Shown here piece after piece: positions 10,010 through 24,192 of a DNA stretch of 64,000 nt (position 1 is the stretch's first letter; each line of letters begins with the position of its first letter). The stretch spans positions 63,490,001 to 63,554,000 of the forward strand of contig NC_045697.1 in the NCBI RefSeq assembly GCF_009834535.1, given 5' to 3'. Position numbers and translations under genes: made by a program. Source of the DNA: Camelus ferus. Lineage: Eukaryota. The notes below the pieces were generated by a model that saw only the letters and a program-made list of their open reading frames with translations, was not told the origin of the DNA and ran no database searches.

Positions 10010-13000
10010 GTTTTATTTTACTTGTAAATTTTTTGAGGTAGTGTTGGTATATGACACTTTGTTTGATGTGGAAAACATTACATTTCTGTTTCTGTAGAGT
10101 GTGCTCACCACGAAAAATTTAGTTTCCATCCATCACCATGCAGTTGACCCTTTACCCATTTCTCCTCCCTCAATGCTGCTTTTCCTCTGGGAACACTCTA
10201 TTCTGTATATCTGTTTTGTTGGGTTTAGGCTTTTTTTATTTCTTTGGTTTTTTAATTACATGTATAAGTGAAATCATATGGCATTTTTTTCATCTGATTT
10301 TTTTTCAATTAGCATAATACCCTCAAGGTCCATTCATGTTATTAAATAGCAAGATTTCATCTTTTTTATGGTTGAGTAATACTCCATTGTGCGTATATGC
10401 TGTATCATCTTTATCCATTAATTTGTTGATTGGCACTCAGTTTCCATATCTTCACTATTGAGAATAATGCTGCTTTGAACATAAGGGTAAATTCCTTTTT
10501 GTATTAGTGTTTTCATATTTTCTTGATAAATACCCAAAAGTGGAATTGCTGGATCATGTGGTAGTTCTGTTATTAATTTTTTGAGGAACCTCCATATTTT
10601 TCATTGTGGCTGTACCAACTTACATTTCCACCAACAGTGTATGAGGATTCCTTTTTCTTCACAACCTGGCAAACACTTCTTGCCTTTTTGATAATAGCCA
10701 TTCTAACAAGCATGAGGTAGTATCTCATTAAGCTTCTGATGGGCATTTCCCTAATAGTGACATTTGAACATCTATCCATGCATCTGTTGGCCACCTGTAT
10801 GTTGTCTTTGGAAAAATGTCTATTTAGTTCTCTGCCCACTTTTTAATTGTGTGTGTTTTTTTTTTGATAATGAGTTGTATGTGTTCTTTGTATATTTTGG
10901 ATATTATGGTATATATGACTTATAGTATCTTCTCTCATTTAGTAGGTTGTTTCCCGTTTTGATGGTCTCTTACTGTGCAGAAACTTTTTCGTTCAATGTA
11001 GTCCCATTGGCTTACTGTTGTTTCCCTTGCCTGAAGAGACCTATCTAGAATAGTATTGCGAAGACTAATGTCAGAGTGTTCTATGTTTTCTTTTAGGAGT
11101 TCCATGGTTTCTCAGGTCTTAAATTTGAATCTGTAATCCATTATGACTTGATTTGTATGTATAGTGTGAGACAGTAGTCTAGTTTCTTTTTTTTTCTTTT
11201 TTTTTTTTTTTGCATGTTGCTGTGTACTTTTCCCAATACTACTTACTGAAGAGATTACCCTTTCTTCACTGTATGTTTGTTGTTTGTTAATTGTGTCCAT
11301 ATACAGGTAGGTTTATTTCTGGGCTCTCAGTTGTGTTCCAGTGATCTATCTGTTGTCCTGCCAATACTATGCTGTTTTGATTACTATGACTTTGCAATAG
11401 TATGAAATCAGAGTGTGATACCTCCAGCTTTATTCTTTATTTTTGGGGTTGCTTTGGCTATTTAGGATTTTCTTTAGTTCCATATAAATCTTAGAAGTTT
11501 TCTTCTATTTCTGTGAAATGTCCTTGGGATTTTGATAGAGACTGAATCGATGTTATAGATAACTTTAGATCATATGGACGTTATAACAATGATAATTCTT
11601 CCAACCCATGAGCACAGATTATCTTTACATTTGTGTCTTCACTTTCTCTCTTTGGTTAAATTTATTCCTACGTGTATTCTTCCGTGATTTTAAGTGGGAT
11701 TATTTTCTTTTTCTTTCTGCTAGCTCATTGTTAGCATACAGAAATGCAATAGATTTTTGTATGTTTTTGCACCCTGCAACCATACTGTATTCCTTTATTA
11801 TTCCTAACTGTTTTTTTGGTAGTCTTCAGGGTTTTCTATGTATAAAATCATGTCACCCACAAACAGTGACAGTTTTATCTCTTCCTTTCTAATTTGGATG
11901 TGCTTTATTTTTCTTACCTAGTTGCTCTGGCTAGATTCAACACTCTCTTGAATAAGAGTGGCAAGAAGAGGGATCCTTATCTTACTCCTGATTTTAGAAG
12001 GACAGCTTTCAGTTTTTCATTATTGAGTATATTAGCTGTGAGTTTGTCATGTATGGTCTTTATTATGTTCAAGTACATTCCTTCTATAACTTTACTGAGA
12101 ATTTTTATTATAAATTTGTATTTATCCTTAAACAGTTTTCTGCATCAATTAATGATATGGTTTTTATCCTTTGTTAAGGTTGTAGTGTAGCACATCAGAT
12201 TTTTCATTTCTTCTGTTGTTGTAGATATTGAACTGCATCCTCAGAATAAATCCCACTTGATCATGGTGTGTGATCCATTAGTAAAATGTATTATTGTATT
12301 TGATTGGCTATGTTTTGTTCAGGATTTTTTCATCTGTTTATCAGAGATACTGACCTGTACTTTCCTTTTCGTTTGATTTTGGTTATCACTTGGTAAAATG
12401 AATTAGAAAAAATTCTTTCCTCTTCAACTTTTTGGAAGAGTTCGAGAAGGATGGGTGTTAAATTCTTTGGTAGAATTCATCTGTGAAGTAGTCTGGTCCT
12501 GGACTTTTGTTTTTTACAAGGGTTTTGATTGCTATTTCAACTTCCATACTAACGATCAGCTTATTCAGATCTGCTTCTTAATGATTCAGTCCTAGTTGTA
12601 TGATTCTAATAATTTGTTTATTTATTCTAATGAACAAATGTCCTTTGTATTGCTGTGGTATCTGTTGTCATTCCTCTGGTTTCTGACTTTATCAGAGCCT
12701 TCTCTTTCTTAGTCTAACTAGAGATTTATAAATTGTTAAAGAACCATCTCTTAGTTTGATCTTCTGTATTGTCTTTTTAGTGTCTATCTTATTTCCACTC
12801 TGATCTTTATTTCCTTTCTTTATTCTGATTTTGGACTCCATCTATTATATTTCCAGTACCTTTCAGTGTAAGATTATTTACGTGAAATTTTTCTTGTTTT
12901 TTGAGGTAGACCTGTGTTGCTATAAACTTCTTAGTGCAACTTTTGCTACATCACACAGCTTTTGATATGTTGTATTTTCATTTGTCTTCAGGTATTTTTA

Positions 13001-13502
13001 TTTCTCCTTTGATTTACTAATTGTTGTAATAGTTGTTCTGTAACATGTAATTCAGCCTCCACATACTTCTCAGCTTTCTTCTTGAAGTTGGTTTTATGGT
13101 TTCATACCATTGTGTTTGGAAGAGATGTGTGATATGATTTCAGTAGCCTTAAATTTATTGACCTGTATCTCATTATGTGATCTATCCTTGAGAAAGTTCC
13201 ATGTGCAGTTGCAGAATGTGTATTCTGCATTTGGATGAATGTTTTGTTCAAGTCTAGCAAATCCAATTGGTCTAATGTTTCATTTAAGGCTGCTGTTTCC
13301 TTGTTGACTTGCTGCCTGGATGGTCTGTCCATTGATGTTAGTGGAATGTTTAAAGTCTCATGTTGCTGTCAGTTTCTCCTTTTAGATCTGTATATGATTG
13401 TTAAACATTTTGGTGCTCATATGTTGTGTGAGTATTAATAGTTGAGTTATCTCAATGAATTATCTACTTTATCAGTATGTATTGTTAATCTTTCTCTCAT
13501 GG

Positions 13503-13536
<34 letters not shown>

Positions 13537-14950
13537 GTTAAAGTCTTTTTTGTCTGAGTATGGCTATACCTGCTTTCTCTTGGCTGCAATTTGCTGGGAG
13601 TATCCTCTTCAATCCCTTCACCCTGAGCCTATGTTTGTCTTTAGAGTGTGATGAGTCTCCTGGAGGCAGCATATAGTTGGGTCTTGTTCTTGAATCTATC
13701 CAGCCACTCTGAGTTCAGTTCATTTACATTTAGGGTGATTATTGATGAGGACTTAGTACTGCCATTTTATCTTGTTTTCTGGTAGCTCTATTTCTCCATT
13801 TTTAAGAATTTTCCCTTGTGTTTCTGTCTGAAATTTTTGATGATGTTCTGTTTTTCTACTTTCTTCATTTTGGATCTCTGCTCTAGATTTGTTTTGTGGT
13901 TACCATGAGGTTTGTATAAAATGTCTCATAGATAGAATAGTCCTTTTTCTGCTGATAGTATCTTATCTTTATTTGGCTATATGTGTTCCATTCTTTCCCT
14001 CTTCTTTTTTCATTGTCTTGAATTATCCTTTTTCATGTGAGTTTGTTACCAAATTGTAGTAGCTATATTTTTTTCTGGTTTCCCTTTTAACTTTTATGCT
14101 ATAATAAAGTGTTTAAAAACCTATTCTGAAACAGTTGCAATTTTCTGAGTGTACCTATCATCTTACTCAAAGTTTTGTGTACTTTTGCCTTCATGTTTCT
14201 GGTAGAACACCTTTCAGTGGTTGTTGTTGGCAGTGTAGTGGTGATGAGCTCCCTCAGCTCTTGTTTGGGAAGGTCTTTAATTTTTTCACGTCTGAATGAT
14301 AACTTTGCTGAATAGTGTTCTTAGCTGGCAGTCTTTATCTTTCAGTGTTTTTAGAATGTCACTCCACTCCTTCCTGGCCTCTAGAGGTTCTGCTGAAAAG
14401 TTTGATAGCCTAATGTGGGTACCTTTTTAAGGGACTTTTTTTCCTTCCCTGATGACCTTTAAAATCCTTTGTCATTGACTTCTGAGAATTTGAATATGCA
14501 TCTTGGAGAAGTTTTTTGCTTTGAGGTAATTAGTTCTCTCAGCTTCATGGGCTTGTACATCTAGTTCCTTCTCCAGGTTTGGGAAGTTCTCAGCTATTAT
14601 TTCTTTAAATAAACTCTGCTTTCCTCCTCCTTCTGGAATACGCCTTATCCTAATCTTTGCACTAATAGTTAGTGCTCATAAAATTTCCTCACTTAAAAAT
14701 ACCTTAATTCTTTCCTCTTCAACTTGTATTACTTCTAGATTTCTATGTACGAGTTTGCCAGTTCTCTCTTCCATATCACTCTATTTCAAGTGCTTTTTAA
14801 TGCATTCATCTCATTTATTGAACTCTTCAGCTCCAGAATTTGTGTTTTTTAAGAGTTTCAGTCTTTTTGATAATACATTCCTTCTGTTCATTAATTTTAT
14901 CCCTGAGCTCACCGAACTGCCTTTCTAATTTTTTTCTTGTAGTTAACTGA
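10010..14950 (-). mobile_element. Long decayed L1 (3' UTR, ORF2 and part of ORF1), old L1M/laurasiatherian type
   Basis: Minus-strand ORF remnants match L1 ORF2: ELNRHFSKDNIQVANR (C-terminal, 10573-10839) and MDRPSRQQVNKETAALNETLDQLDLLDL...HGTFSRIDH (endonuclease, 13102-13332). ORF1-like sequence at about 14200-14950. Many stops and frameshifts. Confidence 0.93.
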
Positions 14951-15013
14951 GTACAAGTTCTGCAGAAGGGTTGGGCCTCCCTTCGACTATTCTATAAATA
15001 ACTGTTGGCATGG

Positions 15014-15382
15014 TGTTTCAGGCCACTAGAGATTCCATAACAAGACACCATAGACTGGGTAGCTAAAACCATAGAAATTTATTTTATAATAGTCCTGGAG
15101 GCTAGAAGTCAAAGATCAAGTTTCCAGCACTGTTGGGTTCTCATGAGCGCTCTAGCTATGTGTTCACATGGGCTTTGCTGAGTGCATGTGCATGAAAATG
15201 GAGAGATGGAGAAAGGGGTGCAAGTTTCCTTAGAAGGGCACTAATCTGTCATGAGGACCTTGCCCTCATGACCTCATCTAAACCCAGTGTCTCCCGAAGA
15301 CCACCCTCCATCTCCAAATACCATCAGATTGGGTGTTAGGGCTTCACAGCATAAATCTGAGAGACATCATTTAGTCATAGCA
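15014..15382 (-). mobile_element. MLT1A-type MaLR solo LTR
   Basis: ccataacaagacaccatagactgggtagc...ctggaggctagaagtcaaagatcaag...tctccaaataccatcagattggg...ttagtcatagca. Confidence 0.85.
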
Positions 15383-16562
15383 CATACTATTAATGCTCAT
15401 GCCTGTTTAATGTTAACAAGTGAAATTGTGGACAAAGTGTTCTATTATAGTTCCTTTCAAGCATTAAATGCACATTTCAAACATTCTTTCTCTACTCTGA
15501 TTTCAGAGATACTACCTTGGTTCAGATTCTCTTTCACCAATAGATGGATCAGATGGGTCAGTAGACTTTACAAAGCACTAATATATTTAGAAACTCAGTC
15601 TTGATGTTAGTTTATATATTGATGTTTGAGCAAATTATCTACATTAACTGTGTTTCTAACATGAGTGTATTTTTGTCACACTTTTACCTTACCCTTTTCT
15701 GTTTAAAAAGAAAACAAGTGGTTTGTACTCTTGGGAACAATTTCAAGATGTCTGAATTTATTGTCCCTGAAATTTGCATCACATTGGTGAGATTTCCTGA
15801 ATTTTTTTAACAGTCGATCATTTGCACACTTTGTGATGTCCAAGAGGATATTAAATATTAGAATATCAAAGTGTCCTAGGACTGTACATGTGGCGGGGCA
15901 AGTAATTGGAAAAAACAAGTGATCTACTCTTTGGGCAGAAGGTTTTGGTATGAAAAACAGGAAGGGACTAGGTCATACATGGGATACTTACTCCTAACTG
16001 CTTATAATAGAAGAAAATCTCTACATTGCTATGAGGTAATGTGAAGGGCACTGGCTAACCTTACCTATGTGACATGGGCTACATCAATAGTATTTTTTAT
16101 TTTGATAATAAATTATAGCTTGTATTGGTCTCATAAAAATGTGTTCACAAAATTGGAACAACCCAAACAACATTTGAAATGATCTCAACTTTAAGACCAC
16201 TGTCCCGTCAAATGAGATCTTTAAAATGTTTTTAATTTCTTTTTCCTCACCTGAGCTTGCTGAGGACTTAGTGATTTTAGTTCTTTTACTTGTTTTTTTG
16301 TTTTTTGAAACATTTTTCTTTCAAAAGAATTATTTGTGACTTTGCAAATTCCTAGTCACAATATTACCTATTTGGTTTAAATCATGTATAGTAAAAGATT
16401 TTATTATATATCACTGTTTACAATCTTCATCTTTCACCATGTTATGGTCTCTTATTTATGGCTTGATTACAATCCTTTCCCAAGTGTTTCCTTCAGATAG
16501 GATACTAATGATATAGTCTCTAGATCTTTGAATATCTCTTTACCTTGAAAGATAAAAGATAC

Positions 16563-16935
16563 TGTTATGGATTGAATTGTGTCACCCCAAATTCATATGT
16601 TGAAGTCCTAACCCACAATGTGATTGTATTTGGAGTAGGCTTTTAGGAGGTAATTAGAGTTAAATGAATTCATAAGGGCAGAGCCTTAATTCAACAGGAT
16701 AGCGGCCTTATAAGGAAAAAAACCAGAAATCTGTCTCCATGTACCAGCACTGAAGAAAAGCCATGTGAGCATCTAGCAAGAAGGCAGCTATCTGCAAGCC
16801 AGGAAGAGTTCTTACTAGAGCCTACCCATGCTAGTACCCTGATCTTGGATTTTCAGCCTCCAGAACTGTGAGAAAACTAATTTCTGCTTTTTAAGCCACC
16901 CAGTCTGTTTTATTATGGCACCCTCAGCTAAGATA
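16563..16935 (+). mobile_element. MLT1A0/MLT1B-type MaLR solo LTR with intact 5-bp TSD
   Basis: Starts tgttatggattgaattgtgtcacccc and ends aagccacccagtctg...gctaagata; flanked by GATAC at 16558-16562 and 16936-16940. Confidence 0.9.
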
Positions 16936-18664
16936 GATACTGTGTCTAAGCATGATATTGCTAGGTCTTGGTGCTTTTTCCTTAGTAAATAACTTTTCAT
17001 CTTTTTATATTCTAGTGCTGCACATAGCATTTTTCTATAGTATACCTATATGTGTGGCATTTTTTCTTAATTCTGACTGGTATTCAGTAATCCTATTCAA
17101 CTCATCGAGTCTTCCTTCAAATTATAGACTTTGTTCCTCTTGAAACCAATTTCTGTATTTGGTTTTTATATGTCAAGACTGAACTGTTTTGTCTTTAGCT
17201 GAGATTCCTTCCACTGATGCTCTAATCCACTAATCTGATTGTCAACAATGATTATACTCCTAGTAAATATTTAAATTCAAATGCTTTAATTCTGTTAAAT
17301 TAGTATTCTGTTCATTTGTCTTCGGTGCCATACAGCATTTCTGTTGGACATGAAGTGGATGGTCTTTCGTGTTTTGCTTGTTAATCCATCCTAGGGTCTT
17401 TGACCCTAAGAGCCACTGTTACTTTCTTTGGCTTAATTCCTCTATTCATCCTCAGTACCAAGGTAAATTTGAAAAATTTCACCCACAAATGGTCAAAGAT
17501 CCAAGGATCTGCTTCTGTTGACTGGTGACAACACAACAAATTTGAAGGATATTAGTCATCGTTTTTTTTTTTCTGTCACTCTCGGCTCTCCTCAGTTACA
17601 AATGTTGGGACACAACTAGCCAATCTGGGTGACTGTGCTTCAGTTTTCCCAGCCAAAAATACTCTGCAGATGCTCCTAGGATAAGAAATCAGGAAAGTAT
17701 CATTTTTCTCACAAGGTTGGATACTTCCTATCACTGCTGTTCTCTCTAGAATCTTTGATTTCTCATCCTCAGCCGAGGCATATTGGCTGCTAGTCTAACT
17801 GGCTGCAGTTAAGCCCAGAAGAGAACAGTCTTGCACCTGCTCTTTTCTCTCAACACCCATCAGAGCCTGAACTCTTCCTCTGTGAGCCCTGCCTTCCTGC
17901 CCCAGCCTCTGCTTCAGCTAAGGAGAAGTTAGCATCAATTTGGGAGAATATTGTGTCAAAAAATTAGAAACTTTCTTCTCTTGAGACTTTGTTCATGCAT
18001 CCTCCAACATGCAAACTCAAAATGGTAACTGTATTATGTAATCCCCCCTCTGCACTTTACTTCTTACTGAGAATTCACTGGCAGCCACATTACATGAGGC
18101 CCAAAGCATGTAAGAGATTTGATAAACTTTATATTAGGTTAGAAGATAAGAAATAGAGCAGAGGAGGAGTTTCTTCAATTCATCTTCCTATGACCTTACC
18201 TATCCTTACTTGAAGAGGAGAGTGAAGCTCTGTAGTGATGGTAAAAATCAGGATACAAGTGTCTAGCCTCATTGCCTATGGGACTTGATTTAGCAATTTT
18301 TTTTCTTGTCTCAATTTTCAGTTCTCAAAATATTAAAAATACAGATATTATTCATCCAAAGTGAACTTGGTAAATTACAAAACTTTTTGTGTAGAATCTG
18401 ATTATAATATTTACATGGCTATATATATAAAATTAAGTGGTGGGAACTATATGTGGTATGATAGGATATAAAAATAACTGCATAGAAAGTATAATATAAT
18501 GCCTTTAAGTAATATGAGTGTTCCATTTCTGTTATGTAATTTGATCTTCAGTTTTAATAACAAATATCAAATTTTCTTTTTCTGATTATAAAACATTTAT
18601 CTTTGGAAAATGAATAATTTGGAGAGTCTAATGGTTTTCATCCTGTGATCTTTGTGGGTTGGAA

Positions 18665-19057
18665 TGTCTTAATCTGCTCAACCTGGTATAGTAATCATAA
18701 ACTGATTAGCTTAAGTAAAAGACATTCATTATGGTTCTGGAAGCTGAAAGTCCAAGGTCAAGGTGCTATAGATTCAGGATCAGGTGAGGGCTTTCTTCCT
18801 GGCTTGGAGATGGCTTTTCCATTATGTCTTCACAAGCCTCTTTGGTGCTGGCACAGAAAGCAAGGGGTGGGGGTAGGGGAGGGCAAAGAGGTCTTGTGAC
18901 TCTTCCTCTTTTTGAGCACTAACCTCATCATGAGGGACCCAAGTTATGACATAACCTAAACCTAACAAATCCCCAAAGTCCTTAGCCTCAAATACATAAC
19001 ACTGGGGGTCAGAACTTCAACATAAATTTGGGGGACAGAAATACTCAGTCTGTAACA
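18665..19057 (-). mobile_element. MLT1A-type MaLR solo LTR
   Basis: tgtcttaatctgctc...ggttctggaagctgaaagtccaaggtcaaggtg...aaatactcagtctgtaaca with TG...CA ends. Confidence 0.85.
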
Positions 19058-21492
19058 GAGAAATAAGGGTCTTGTAGAATTGAACCACTTAATGATAGCA
19101 GTTAGGATTTTACTGTGTTTAAATATCATAATTATTATGTTCTAGTTAATAAAGTCACATCTGAGAATAAAAATCAAACAAACCAGTGACACGGACAAGA
19201 TGACTGCTGAGGGCTACTATGAACTATTAGATCAGTAGGAAATGAGATGAAAAGCTGTGACACACTTTGAGAATTTTCAGCATGTTGGCTGGACAGTATA
19301 TTAATTGAAGGCATGAAAAAGAACCAACATTCAGTCAGAGAAAAGTTTTTCTTTGACATAAATAACATTTGGATATGTATTTAAATATGTGTGTTTATTT
19401 TGTAGAATATATTTAACTTTTTAATGTTAGAAATACCTCTCCCACTACACTCAGATTTTGGAATTTTATAAATTTACCTTATTATATTTAATACATAGGT
19501 ATAGGTTTAGAACAAAAGTCTAAACATGGTTAAAAGTAAGGATAATTAATAATAAAAGGTACTTAAAATAATTGCATTTAAAATAATTATGTATTTTAGG
19601 TTAAACTTAAACTATATTACTTAACAATACAAAGCATTTTTTCTCACTTAAGAATAAGTTTTAGATTATTACCTGTTTAGTGAAGGTCATGTTGAAGAAT
19701 GCCGTGTAAATTTTATTGATAGTATGAAACTGAAGAACATTGTAAACATTACCTTGTACCAAAAATAAATCTGAGAGATTTATCATAAACATTGATGGTG
19801 AAATGTAGCCTTGTGTTTTAGGGGGGCACATAGTTTCTTGTAAATGATTATTAATCTCGTAAATGGTTTCAGAAATCTTATAAATGATTTTATATTATGG
19901 CTGAGAAATGTGCCCCATATGATACCAAAAATTGAAGAAAGTGTTTTTGGTATCTTTATGGATTGATTCAAAGTATTTTTAAGTAAGTTGAAGATAACTT
20001 ACAAATGAAGAAAGGTTAGTTGGACCTGACTGTGAGGAGTGAAATTTAATTGTCCTAATTAGAAACAGTATATCATGCTATGAATTTACTGTTTTGCCAG
20101 TAATTCAGATGTCTGTTACTCCACCAAATATTAAAAGAAGTCCTGTGTATAATCATGTTAGAAAAGTGAATTATCTGTAATTTATGAGTTGAAATTTCTA
20201 TATCTTCTACCATTTCAAACTCTTCCCTTTGGAAACTTCTATTCATTTTCTAGCTTATTGGAATCAAAGGAATCAAATGTAATTTGATACAATGTTTCTT
20301 TAAAAACATACCTTTCTTTTAAAAAGACCAGTTTAAATGCCTTTAAATACAAAGGTTTCTGGGCAGAAAAGTTCATTAGCTTTGTCTAAAAGAATAAACA
20401 TATGCTTTAATACAGCCCTCATTAAAACAAAGAAATATACAAAACAAAAATGTCCGTTTGCCTTCATAGTCTTCCTCCGTTTGCCAACATAACATTTAAT
20501 ACTTGTCAGAAGGCAGTGAAAGCTATTGCTTACCTTAACTCCCATGTGTTTCTAGGCTAATCAGTAAGGGAGTACATTGACTGTGGAGTATTTAAAACAA
20601 TTATAAAACTGACTAAAAATCATCTATATTTACTATTACCATATGCCAACAATTCTGAAAGTGTCAGTAATATGACTACTCCCTGAAAATATACATGGAC
20701 CTGAATTCTAATTTAGTAACTCCAGGTTATTTTTTAAATGAGTTTTACATTTTACACACATGCAATTTGTGTAAAATTTTACACACATAAAATCTTCAAT
20801 TATTATGTTTTTATTACTCATGCTTGAATAAACATTGTATTTTTAAATGAAAGGTAACTGAAAGAATTTTAAGTTAGAGAAACAGACCAAGATTAATAGT
20901 TCAGAACCACCCACCAAACTTTAAGCTTAGTTTCTTTTTTTAATACCTGTGGTACTATGTATTAACATGCTCAACAGTAAATTCAGAATGAGCAATGAGC
21001 ATAGGTACTGTAAAGATGAAAGAATGGACCTCAGTTACTTCATTTCTGACATTTGATGTAACCATTTGGAAAATTTTTTAATTTCAGACCTAAACAAAGA
21101 ATGAGAACTGTGAGGTATATATTCTAGGGGGAAGTACTTAGAAACTTTAGTTAATACATTAAATATTTCACTGAATTTTAATAGCTTCAATTCTGAACTT
21201 TTTGAAAATTGGTGCATTTTATTATAATTTTTTATTAGCATTAGTTTTCAAACATTAAATCAGAGCATGTTTAGTAGCTGTCTAACTTGTATCTTTTGGA
21301 GATTCTTATTAAATACTGTTTCTTAAAACTTTTAAACATGTTTTTACAAAATTCAGTACAACAAAGTATTAACTAGCTGCATTTTTTCTGGTCACTGCTA
21401 ATACTTTTTTATATCATGATTATTACATAAAGTCAGTTTTTCTTAGAGAAGAGTTTTTTTTAAATAATGTATTCCAAGTATCCAGATAGGAG

Positions 21493-21870
21493 TGTTGACC
21501 TAAAACAGATGGCCAGTTATTTCTTCAGCAAAAATGTGTTTATTTGTGTCCAACAGAAATTTGGAATTTGAGGTTTACAATCAAGGCAAGCCAAGTGCAG
21601 GTCCCCTCACAGCATGGAAAGGAGAACTCTTTAAAGAAGGGGTGGGAGAATGTTAAGAGGGCTATATAGTAAACAGTCCATTGTAAGAATTGAAAGTTTG
21701 AAGTACAGCGGCTTTTCATTGGCTAAATTGTGACAGTCTCTCATTGGCTGAGCTCTTCTAGGAGAGAAGAGTCGTTGGGCTCTGCTATGGTTGCAGGGCA
21801 TGAAAGCTCCCCCTTCTGGCCTCACAATTCTATTTCAATTGAGCTTTCTTGTTGATTGATTTTTATTGTA
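21493..21870 (-). mobile_element. ERV1-class solo LTR (artiodactyl/laurasiatherian type)
   Basis: Begins tgttgacctaaaa; minus-strand AATAAA near 21540; two attggct (CCAAT on the minus strand) at about 21718 and 21743. Right end and TSD unclear. Confidence 0.7.
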
Positions 21871-23599
21871 GGTACATTACTGAGTTTAGCACTTCTTCCT
21901 CCTGCTAGGTAAAGACCAACTTAAAAGCCAGATCACTTAAAAATTTTAAATAAAAATTAGACCTTTTTTGTTATTAAACCTTTGTCCTTGTTCAAAGCAA
22001 ATACTGAAAATTCCATTATTACTTGAGTGTAAGTAAACAGAAACAATCATTTTTCTCCAGTCTTAAAATGTCATTTGCTTTATTTAAATGTAAGCCAAGC
22101 TCTCATCTCATTTGTTAACATTTAAATAGCAAAGTATGGGGCTTCATGAAGGCCAGTGTAGAATTGATGGATTTTGAAAAATGGATGGTAATTGAAGAAC
22201 TGAAAGTGTAGCATTATATGTAATCAGGTTACTATGCAGAGTAAAAAAGGGAGGGGGATGAAAAATAAGACCAAGAAATACATAGGGCTAAATAGCACTT
22301 TATCAAGAATCTGCAGAGAATAATTTTGATTTGGTTTAAAAACATACTCAACTCAAATTGAATAAAATTGTATGCTCTTAAACCTTTAATAACAGAATAA
22401 TTCCTCCTTGATAAGAGAAACATTCTTTATGCATGAAAATCATATCCTGATTTCATCTTAAAAGTAATTCCCACTTGCTCTACATTCTATTATAATTTAT
22501 GGTATTATTTCATGCCAGTCATTTGAAGATAGAATATTACAGGCCCATGGATGATTTACATGAGAACAGACAGCTGTAAGTACTTTCAAATCCTTTCTTT
22601 CTTATATTTAGGAAACATTAGGAACAGAAAAGAAAGAGATTAGGTATACTTAAACATTATTAAAATGTCAGGCTACTTTCCCTTTTCAGGCAAATTAATT
22701 GCATATATCCCAGAAAAGGCTTATCTCAGCAGTAATTACTCTCCTGGCCAGGTCTGAGACAGATGTACAGTGTGAATATGACAATACCCTCTGATACATA
22801 ATGGGGATTAGCCTCCAGATTCTTACACCCTCCAGTACCCTGCCAAAAAAGATACAATCTTGAATATTCTGCTGCACTTGCCTTGGCAGTCCTACGTATT
22901 TGTTTAAGTCTTTATCACGCGGTGTTGTCATATTGCAGTTTGGTAATGGCTATGGGGAAATAATTGTGGTTTAATTTAAAGGCCAGTATGAAGGTGTGTT
23001 AACTTAAAGCCATATATGTTTTAAAAGGAACCTGCAGCCATATTATAGCCAAATTAGGCATGTAGCTGAAAAGTATACATGTTGGGCATTTTAGACTTCT
23101 TAAATTTATTCTATAAGATATGTCATATAACTTAGTAGTTTTCTCTTCATTCTTTTATTCTTAAACCAGTTGAGATTCCAGTGCTTAAAGTAATTTACCA
23201 AAGAAAATATTGAAGTAGTTAATGGGACAGAAAGATAGCAAAGACTTAGAATTAGTGGAAAATATATAAATCATGTTCTCAAATTCTTGAAGGTGTGAAT
23301 AATATGCAACCAAAGAATGCATAGTGGTGTGCATATATGCTATGTTTGTGTAGATACATCTATATCAGTGTAAATAAATTACATATAAAACTATCTATAA
23401 CAATGTTTTTACAAAACATCTATATATAAAAAAAGGTAATATTCTACTTCACAATAGAGTATCTTTAAACATTTGAAAACCAGTTTTCTGAGCTAGAGAC
23501 TGACTGCAGCAAGGGTTAAACAGATAAAGCAATTGAATGGTCTCTCAAGGAGCCAACATTCAAATGAGGAAGACAGGCATAAACAGACCATTTTAGTAA

Positions 23600-23840
23600 C
23601 AATAGCCATAATTTACTAAGCTCCTACTCTTTGACACATCCTCTGAATGCTTTAGGCTTGTTACTGACTTTAGTAACTTACAATAAAATTGAGAAGTATA
23701 TATTATCACTTCCAGTTCATCTAGGTTTAAACTGAACCTCAGAGGGATTACGTGATTTGTTCAAGTCTGTATAATAAGTGATAATAAGAATTTGAAATAA
23801 AATCCATCTGACTCTATGAGCATAATTTTTTCTCTCCTAC
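23600..23840 (-). mobile_element. MIR SINE
   Basis: atttactaagctcctact...aaactgaacctcagagggattacgtgatttgttcaag...tctgactct, the reverse MIR core. Confidence 0.7.
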
Positions 23841-24192
23841 ATATAACAGGTTTATAAATCATGAAACAGTGAACTTAATGCTATACTACTGGATACAGTG
23901 GTTCTCCTTCACTATTTACCAATACCGTAGTAAAAACAATAGCTCCTGTTCCTGGTAATAGGAGTCAGACTGGGTGGTAAGGGCTGCAGGTGTGTGGTAT
24001 GAAACAGGTGGACTTAAATCGGAGCAGCACCTATAGCACTTTGCACAGCTTGGAGGGGAGCATGGTGGCTTTTCTTAGGATATGGGACATCACAGGCACA
24101 TGTCATTGCTGTTACTGTGTCCTTTCCCATGGACCACCTTGTGTCTGATTTAAGGACACTAAATGAAACCCATTATTAAAAGGCTCTTGTGA

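Noticed and set aside
10573..13332. Endonuclease- and ORF2-like ORFs as an active retroelement or domesticated gene
   Set aside because: Short fragments broken by many stops and frameshifts within a decayed L1.
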